Positions 25,737-32,000 of a stretch of 32,000 bases of DNA are shown here, piece after piece. Source of the DNA: Cyanobacteria bacterium J06621_15. Its GTDB lineage: Bacteria; Cyanobacteriota; Cyanobacteriia; Cyanobacteriales; Nostocaceae. A program made the position numbers and the translations under genes. Within the stretch, counting starts at the first letter, position 1; every line of letters starts with the position of its first letter. The notes beneath the pieces were generated by a model that had not been told where the DNA came from, did not search any database, and worked only from the letters and a program-made list of their open reading frames with translations. Location of the stretch: NCBI GenBank assembly GCA_038525335.1, contig JBCBHT010000024.1, positions 4,257-36,256 of the forward strand, written 5' to 3'.

Positions 25737-25855
25737 CAATTTTCAATGAACAATTATCAATGAACAATTATCAAGTAATTGGTACCTTTGAGGTGAAAAT
25801 TGGTAATTGGTAATTGATAACTGATAACTAATAATTGATAATTGATAACTGATTT
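25737..25855. repeat. Tandem repeats: CAATGAACAATTAT x2, then seven phased heptamers (TGGTAAT/TGATAAC/TGATAAT)
   Basis: Read directly. The left and right arrays are partly inverse-complementary (CAATTATCAA vs TTGATAATTG). Confidence 0.85.
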
Positions 25856-26492
25856 GCACTACATCTACCTTCATGGCTTTGCATCGAGTCCTAACTCTAA
25901 TAAAGCTAGGTATATAGCCGAACGCTTTGCTCAAAATCAAATAGAATTGGAAATTCCTGATTTGAATTGTGATGACTTTTATCACCTCACAATTACCCGA
26001 CAGTTACAACAAGTTGCTGCTATTTTAGAACCACATAAAAGTGCAACAATCATTGGTTCGAGCTTAGGAGGTCTAACAGCAGCTTATCTAGCAGAAAAAT
26101 TTTTACAAATCGAACGTTTAGTTCTTCTTGCTCCAGCTTTCGGATTTTTATCTCATTGGCTACCTAGTTTAGGTACAGAAGTTATACAGTGCTGGGAAAA
26201 TGAAAAATATTTAATGGTTTATCATTACGGCAAAAAACAAGAACTTGCTTTAAGTTACGATTTTTTGATTGATGCAAATAAATATCAGGAAACAGTTTTG
26301 CAACGTCAGGTTCCTACGCTTGTTTTACACGGAAAACACGATGAAGTGATTCCCATTGAGGTCAGCCGAGATTTTACTCAAAAGCGTTCCTGGGCAGATT
26401 TAATAGAACTTAATAGCAATCACGCACTAGGTGATGTGATGATGGAAATATGGCAGAAAATTGAAGATTTTTGTCACTTACCCAAAGCTTAA
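25842..26492 (+). CDS. YqiA/UPF0227-like alpha/beta-hydrolase (esterase)
   Basis: YLHGFASSP, nucleophile elbow GSSLGG, and late HGKHDEVIP and NH motifs. Only TTG starts are available (25842 or 25854), and these lie inside the heptamer array. Confidence 0.7.
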   Translation: MITDLHYIYLHGFASSPNSNKARYIAERFAQNQIELEIPDLNCDDFYHLTITRQLQQVAAILEPHKSATIIGSSLGGLTAAYLAEKFLQIERLVLLAPAFGFLSHWLPSLGTEVIQCWENEKYLMVYHYGKKQELALSYDFLIDANKYQETVLQRQVPTLVLHGKHDEVIPIEVSRDFTQKRSWADLIELNSNHALGDVMMEIWQKIEDFCHLPKA

Positions 26493-26626
26493 CTGAAGTA
26501 GTCCAATTCAAGAGAGCCAATATAAAATCGCACTAATCGGACACCGTGACAATTACATAAGTCCTGATAAATTCTAAAACCTAAAACCTAAAATAAATAC
26601 ATCCGTTATTGAAATCCAAAATTAAT

Positions 26627-27784
26627 ATGCTTCCTTTTCTCCGCAATGATTTAGTCGAACTAGCAGCTTACAAACCTCAACTTGGAGTTTACAAAGCTTC
26701 TCCAGTTTCTGATATCCCAACTCAGTCAGATAAACTTGATACCAACGAAAGTCCTTATGATTTACCAATTGAGTTAAAAGAAAAGTTGGTTTGGAATTAT
26801 AAAGAGTTAATCGAAACCAATCGTTACCCGGATGGGGGACATCTTTTACTCAGACAGTCAATCAGTGAATATGTTAACGAATCAGGAAAAATTTCTTCTA
26901 ATGTTTTTGCAAGCAATAATATCTCTCTCGGAAATGGTTCAGATGAACTAATCCGTTCTATTTTGATTGCTACCTGTTTGGGAGGAAAGGGTTCGGTGCT
27001 TGTGGCTCAGCCTACTTTTTCCATGTATGGAATTTTGGCACAAGCTCTAGGTATTCCTGTAGTAACAGTACCTAGAAATTCAGATAATTTTGAAATTGAT
27101 TTAGAAGCAGCTTCCGAAGCGATAAGAAATAATAAAGAGCAGCCTATTAGAACAGTTTTTGCAGTTCATCCAAATTCTCCTACAGCTAATCCGCTAACAG
27201 CAGCAGAGTTGGAATGGTTAAGGAATTTGCCAGAAAATATTTTAGTAGTGATTGATGAAGCTTATTTTGAATTCAGTCAAACTACTTTGGCTGGTGAATT
27301 GTCTCAACATCCCAATTGGGTAATATTACGGACTTTCTCAAAGGGTTTCCGCTTGGCTGCGATGCGTGTAGGTTATTCGGTTGCTCATCCGGAAGTCATT
27401 GCGATTTTAGAAAAAGTTAGATTACCCTACAATCTTCCGAGTTTTTCAATCGCTGCTGCATTAATAGCAATACAAAATCGTTCGCTTCTACTTGAATCTG
27501 TTTCTCAGACTCTCAACGAACGGTCTAAATTAATTGAAGCCTTATCTCAATATCCAGAATTACAAGTATCTGAAAGTGCTGCTAACTTTATTTTTCTTCG
27601 TCTTAAAGCAAAAGATGCTAAACCAATAGATAATTCTTTAAAAAATCTTCATAAACAACTGAAGGATTCTGGCACCTTAATACGATTGACTGGTGGAGGA
27701 TTAAGAATCACTGTAGGCTCTCCTTCAGAAAATGCCCGTACCTTAGAAAGATTTGAGATGGCTTTTAAAAATCTCGAGTTATAA
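26627..27784 (+). CDS. hisC: Histidinol-phosphate aminotransferase
   Basis: Class II aminotransferase pattern: [28 protein letters not shown], and the PLP-lysine context [16 protein letters not shown]. The ATG at 26627 is preferred over the TTG at 26609. Confidence 0.88.
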   Translation: MLPFLRNDLVELAAYKPQLGVYKASPVSDIPTQSDKLDTNESPYDLPIELKEKLVWNYKELIETNRYPDGGHLLLRQSISEYVNESGKISSNVFASNNISLGNGSDELIRSILIATCLGGKGSVLVAQPTFSMYGILAQALGIPVVTVPRNSDNFEIDLEAASEAIRNNKEQPIRTVFAVHPNSPTANPLTAAELEWLRNLPENILVVIDEAYFEFSQTTLAGELSQHPNWVILRTFSKGFRLAAMRVGYSVAHPEVIAILEKVRLPYNLPSFSIAAALIAIQNRSLLLESVSQTLNERSKLIEALSQYPELQVSESAANFIFLRLKAKDAKPIDNSLKNLHKQLKDSGTLIRLTGGGLRITVGSPSENARTLERFEMAFKNLEL

Positions 27785-27820
27785 CCTAAAAATTAGTATT
27801 TTTTAATTAATCCTATCAAT

Positions 27821-28357
27821 TTAATTACCCAAACGGCGGACTATTGCTACTGTTTGTGGCAAAACTCCCACCAACATGGCAAATGCTTCATCTGGTAATT
27901 GACTTACTATTTCTGGTGGGAAATATTGTTCAAACTGGTCGAGAATTCTTTGAACTCTTTGCTGCGGAATTGGATTTTCAGTAATTTGCTTAATAAGGCG
28001 AATCCACTGCCTTCTTATTAAATAAGACTTTTGCCGTTCGTCAGAAGAATTTGTTGCTAATAACATAGACGAAATATTTCCAATAGGCAGAACGTGCAGA
28101 CAATCTTGGTCATAATCGCCGCCGACTGCTGCTCCGGGTCCGGCAAATTCTGCATGATAGCCTTTAAAAAGTATTAGCCCATTTCGTCTACGACTATTGA
28201 CCATAAAAACCTTTCCACTATGAAGTTTTGCCAATAGGTCGGAGCCATAAGATTGCTCAAGTCCATCTGGCATTACAAGATAGTCAAGGAAACAAGTGTC
28301 AGGATAATAAGTTGATACCATAGCAGTTTGATAGCGTTGGTGCTTTTCGCTATCCAT
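27821..28357 (-). CDS. 178-aa hypothetical protein with a possible C-terminal HTH
   Basis: ORF with an ATG start. The C-terminal LPDEAFAMLVGVLPQTVAIVRRLGN resembles a helix-turn-helix. No family recognised. Confidence 0.55.
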   Translation of the reverse strand: MDSEKHQRYQTAMVSTYYPDTCFLDYLVMPDGLEQSYGSDLLAKLHSGKVFMVNSRRRNGLILFKGYHAEFAGPGAAVGGDYDQDCLHVLPIGNISSMLLATNSSDERQKSYLIRRQWIRLIKQITENPIPQQRVQRILDQFEQYFPPEIVSQLPDEAFAMLVGVLPQTVAIVRRLGN

Positions 28358-29216
28358 CTTTTCTAAAAAATTTAAACAATAAATTGACTTATTTGAACCG
28401 TTACAAGTGATAGAGATTTACGTCAATAAATACAGCTATTAGTTTTACTATTGCCTAAAGCTTTATTATTAGGTTTTAATTTGAATCAAATTAATTAGAT
28501 AAACCGGTTTAAGTAACCATATTTTATGTGATTTAACTGGATTTGTCTTCCACTACAGGAATGTTTACTTAAAGTTTCGATAAAGATAGATGTTTTATAT
28601 ACGAAGTTCATGTAAGGCATTAGTCAGTTTTAGTGAATTGTTAAGTTTACTGCTTGTAATACTTATCTTAAGATATTTTAAATATCAAATGAATATTTAA
28701 ACAACAAAAAGCTATTACAGCACTTCAGTAATGGAGCTTCTATACGAATACTATATTCTATTTAGTCTACAGAAATTAGCTTACTACAACTACATCCACA
28801 ATATTTTAAAGAAAATATAAAAAAACGAAGATTAAGAATAAAGTTGTTGTGACCTTATAGTTTTATCTTGCTCCTAGATGGTTATTAAAACAGATAAATA
28901 ATTTCTATAGTATAAAATATCTAAAAAATTGTTGTCCAGATAGCTTTTGGATATATTAAACAGCATCATACAAAACGAACAAAATCCTATAAAAAGTATG
29001 GATGTTTTTATGCAATAAAATATAAAGAAATGTAAAAGAAATATTCAGTTGGGATTATGAAACTTAGTTGATTTAAAACACTATATAGTTAGCTAAATGA
29101 ATATTTGAATTTCATTAACATTAGTTGAATAATTAGTCAAGATATTAATTTGCATTTGTTGAATGTTGTTTATGTGTAAGTAACACTTATAATTTGTGCA
29201 GAAAGTAAAAAATTAT

Positions 29217-29861
29217 TTAACAGTCTAAAAGATGTTTGTAAAGTAAAATCTGTCGCGAACGTCTAAAGAAGAATGTATTCCAGTTAGAATCAATTTGGTG
29301 CATCCGATATCCTGATTTAAAATAAAGTTGCCGCGCTTGATGGTTGTTTTCCAATACATGGAGATATAAATCTTGAAATCCCCATTCACAAGCAACTTTT
29401 TCACAGCTATGTAACAATGCAATAGCCGCTCCTTGCCTTCTGTATTGTGGATGTACGGCTAAATTAGACAAATAAGCAAAACTTTTTCGAGTACCTGTAT
29501 AAGTCCAAGCATCGCTCAAACGCACGCTTAATTCTACAGTTGCAACTAGATTTAGATTTGCTTGATTACTAGTATCAACAGCAACTAAACATACATGATG
29601 GGGTGCTGAAGTTGTTAAACGATGTCTCAAGTCTTCGTAAATACCTAAACGCATCAAAGGAAAAGCCCATCCCCATATACCATTACGAGAGTGAAAACTT
29701 TCGGAAATAATATGGGCAATACCAGCGAAATCAGCAGAAGTACATAGCCGAATTTGGAACTGTGAGGTAAGTGGGGTGGTAGCTACCGTAGTTGGTTTTT
29801 GGTGGGATGGAAGAGAAAACCAAGCAGTTGTCAAGGCTAATTTACTGTTAAAGTTATTCAT
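29217..29861 (-). CDS. GNAT-family N-acetyltransferase
   Basis: The acetyl-CoA pocket motif LAVHPQYRRQGAAIALL is followed by LHVLENNHQARQLYFKSGY. Confidence 0.85.
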   Translation of the reverse strand: MNNFNSKLALTTAWFSLPSHQKPTTVATTPLTSQFQIRLCTSADFAGIAHIISESFHSRNGIWGWAFPLMRLGIYEDLRHRLTTSAPHHVCLVAVDTSNQANLNLVATVELSVRLSDAWTYTGTRKSFAYLSNLAVHPQYRRQGAAIALLHSCEKVACEWGFQDLYLHVLENNHQARQLYFKSGYRMHQIDSNWNTFFFRRSRQILLYKHLLDC

Positions 29862-31274
29862 TTATGCAGGTGAGTCAAAAATCATACAATACCATCCGTA
29901 CTAATATCAAAACTCTTGTTTCATACATTTCTCAATTTTGAAACTGGAGCTTGATATGGAATATTTTTTTGGCGTTGCTGTTAGCGTTCCCAGGTCGCGT
30001 GTGGCTCAGCGTGCGTGGCGTTAGCCATATACAGGTATGAATTTCTGAAGGCATATAACTATTATGGCGACCAATATCCCCCTATTTAGGGAGACTTTAA
30101 ATTCTCAGTACCCCCAGAGTTGGGGGTCACGGGGGCAGGGGTTGGAGCTATTCATACTTTTTATCAGCAACGCCATTTTCTTTATCCCTCAAATATATAA
30201 AATTGATTCGCTCATCTTAGCCAGATTTAATGGGAGCATGGCAACTATTTGTTGTGGATTTTGAACTCCTCACTAGATACTCTTTCACCCTCCTGACTAA
30301 TGATAGTAACAACTTCTTTATCAAATACCGCATTTTTTATGTGAAGCTTTCCTATTGGAGTAACCCCATCCGGAGACTGGACATATTTTGGGATTTGAAA
30401 TTGATAGTTTCCTCAAACATAAGGTTTGCAAAACTCCACGCGAATAAATATTTTAATCCATGTTTAATGCCTTTTGCTTCGGTTACACCTTTTCCAAATC
30501 AATGGACTTTCGTAACAAAGGCACTTTTAATACCTTAAGAGGTATTGTTGTTACTTTGTGATTATTCAACTGTAAGTACGATATTTATATTTTGCGCTTA
30601 ATATGATACAAGCATTTATTAACGCAGTTAGATTGGCTTCACAATTACTACAGAGTTCATTGATTGTGTATACAGGCTTATAAAAGCTCGTTTATAAGCG
30701 AAAACCACTAGAATTAAAACGTCGATTATCATTTTGCTATCAAATCAGATTCTAATGGCATTGATACAGTAGCAATTTATCTACAATAAAATTAAATGCT
30801 ATCACCGTAATTTAACTGAAGTTTCTATATTTTTTAAGACATAGGATATTATGCTTGACCAGTAATATTACTTGACCACATGTGACTGTCATCAATAAAA
30901 ATTACTATCAAATGTTAGTGTTGGTGTTCGTGCGGGAAAACTAATAAAGCAGATGCTAGATGGATAATTCCAACAGTGTTAATAATTGTACGTTTAATCC
31001 ATAAATAATTGCTGGGGGTGAAGAAAATTTGGCTAAAAAATACCGATTTTTTGGAAATAAAGCCGATTATGAAACGTATTTAGGTATCTTTCTAACGAAT
31101 TAGCGTTGATTGATAGTACGTTCCTCTGGCTTCGCAGTTTACTGCCAATAAACTAGCTTTAAACCAAGCGATTGCCCATTGCAATTAAAATGTCGTGCCA
31201 CTATATCGAATGTTAAAACATTCTTACCCGATTAAATTGTTTATCCGATTGCCGTTACTGCATGGAAGCGGTGC

Positions 31275-32000
31275 ATGAAATCTCAAGTAAACAGAAAGCC
31301 AAAAATATTGGTTGTCGATGATGAACCTGACAACCTAGACCTGCTATACCGTACTTTTTATCGCGAATATAAAGTGCTGCGAGCTACAAACGGTCCTGCA
31401 GCATTAGAATTATTGGCAAACGAAGGAGATATATCAGTAATTATCTCCGACCAGCGAATGCCGATGATGAGCGGTACGGAATTCTTGAGCCTGACAGCTA
31501 CTCAGTATCCGGATATTATTCGGATTATTTTGACTGGCTACACTGATGTCGAAGACCTAGTGGAAGCCATAAATGCCGGCAAGGTTTTCAAGTATGTAAC
31601 TAAACCGTGGGAAGCAGAAGAACTTAAAGCAGTAGTGCGTCAAGCTTTAGATACTCACAATGTTCTGAAAGCGCGTACCTACGAATTAACTCGTACATTA
31701 CGTCAAGAATCGCTGCTCAATTCTTTAACTAACACCATTCGCGGCGCTTTAGATTATCGACAAATTTTACAAGCAATTGTAGATAATGTTGGTCACATGT
31801 TGGAAGTTGATGTATGTCTTTTACGTCCCTTTCAAAATGGACATTTGGTTAATGAAGGTTTTATTTTTCAAAAAAATCTTGAAGAAAAAGAACTTGAAGA
31901 AAAAGAATCAAACAGCGAATTAAAGAATAAAGATAAACCTGCTGAATCAAATGAATTAAATTTTCTGCCTTCATCAGCCGAACTTTTAGCCCATACAGTA
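31275..32000 (+). CDS. Response-regulator receiver domain followed by a GAF-like domain (3'-truncated by the window edge)
   Basis: I translated this by hand from the ATG at 31275. KILVVDDEPDNL, VIISDQRMPMMSG, LTGY and KYVTKPW mark the receiver, followed by LRQESLLNSLTNTIRGALDYRQILQAIVDNVGHMLEVDVCLL (GAF-like). The frame is open to position 32000 (242 codons). It is absent from the ORF track because no stop lies within the window. Confidence 0.85.
   Translation, partial: MKSQVNRKPKILVVDDEPDNLDLLYRTFYREYKVLRATNGPAALELLANEGDISVIISDQRMPMMSGTEFLSLTATQYPDIIRIILTGYTDVEDLVEAINAGKVFKYVTKPWEAEELKAVVRQALDTHNVLKARTYELTRTLRQESLLNSLTNTIRGALDYRQILQAIVDNVGHMLEVDVCLLRPFQNGHLVNEGFIFQKNLEEKELEEKESNSELKNKDKPAESNELNFLPSSAELLAHTV

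Noticed and set aside
30265-30273. ACTCCTCAC, resembling the conserved single-stranded ACUCCUCACAC core of the cyanobacterial sRNA Yfr1
   Set aside because: Only 9 of 11 nt match. The flanking 5' stem-loop and the 3' terminator hairpin that define Yfr1 are not present.
30064-30538. Plus-strand ORFs 30064-30264 and 30230-30538
   Set aside because: They overlap each other, have implausible Phe/Ile/Asn-rich composition and no motifs, and lie in a region that looks like decayed sequence.

Overview
This 32 kb window looks like a chromosomal segment from a filamentous, Nostocales-type cyanobacterium. The evidence is an allophycocyanin alpha-B gene (apcD), HIP1 octamers (GCGATCGC at 1162-1169 and 7763-7770), and heptameric STRR-like tandem arrays in most intergenic spacers. 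Most genes are housekeeping: groES-groEL with a perfect CIRCE operator, a NarL-type response regulator, sbp-cysT-cysW sulfate uptake, asnS, rlmD, apcD, gor, hisC, plus several small conserved hypotheticals. An accessory-looking, visibly AT-richer block sits between sbp (ends 7480) and asnS (starts 16674). It holds: (i) an NLR-like STAND NTPase (NB-ARC + about 12 TPR units) whose helical N-terminal module is cut off by one in-frame TGA; (ii) a translationally coupled 91-aa protein / retropepsin-like protease pair; (iii) a secreted PDZ protein; (iv) a DUF99/UPF0215 protein; (v) an M28 peptidase; (vi) a Uma2-type nuclease-fold protein; and (vii) a 355-aa protein of unknown function. The last two genes are bracketed by three copies of a roughly 70-bp hairpin MITE. 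My best candidate for a new system is the interrupted helical-domain/NB-ARC/TPR locus. Other observations: a diverged glutathione-reductase paralog upstream of gor with an NADH-type signature, 56-bp inverted repeats flanking cysT, a G-quadruplex motif in the asnS 3' region, an orphan minus-strand terminator in a long spacer, and two large ORF-free AT-rich regions. No rRNA, tRNA, CRISPR array, transposase or integrase was recognised. All family assignments come from reading motifs by eye, not from database searches.
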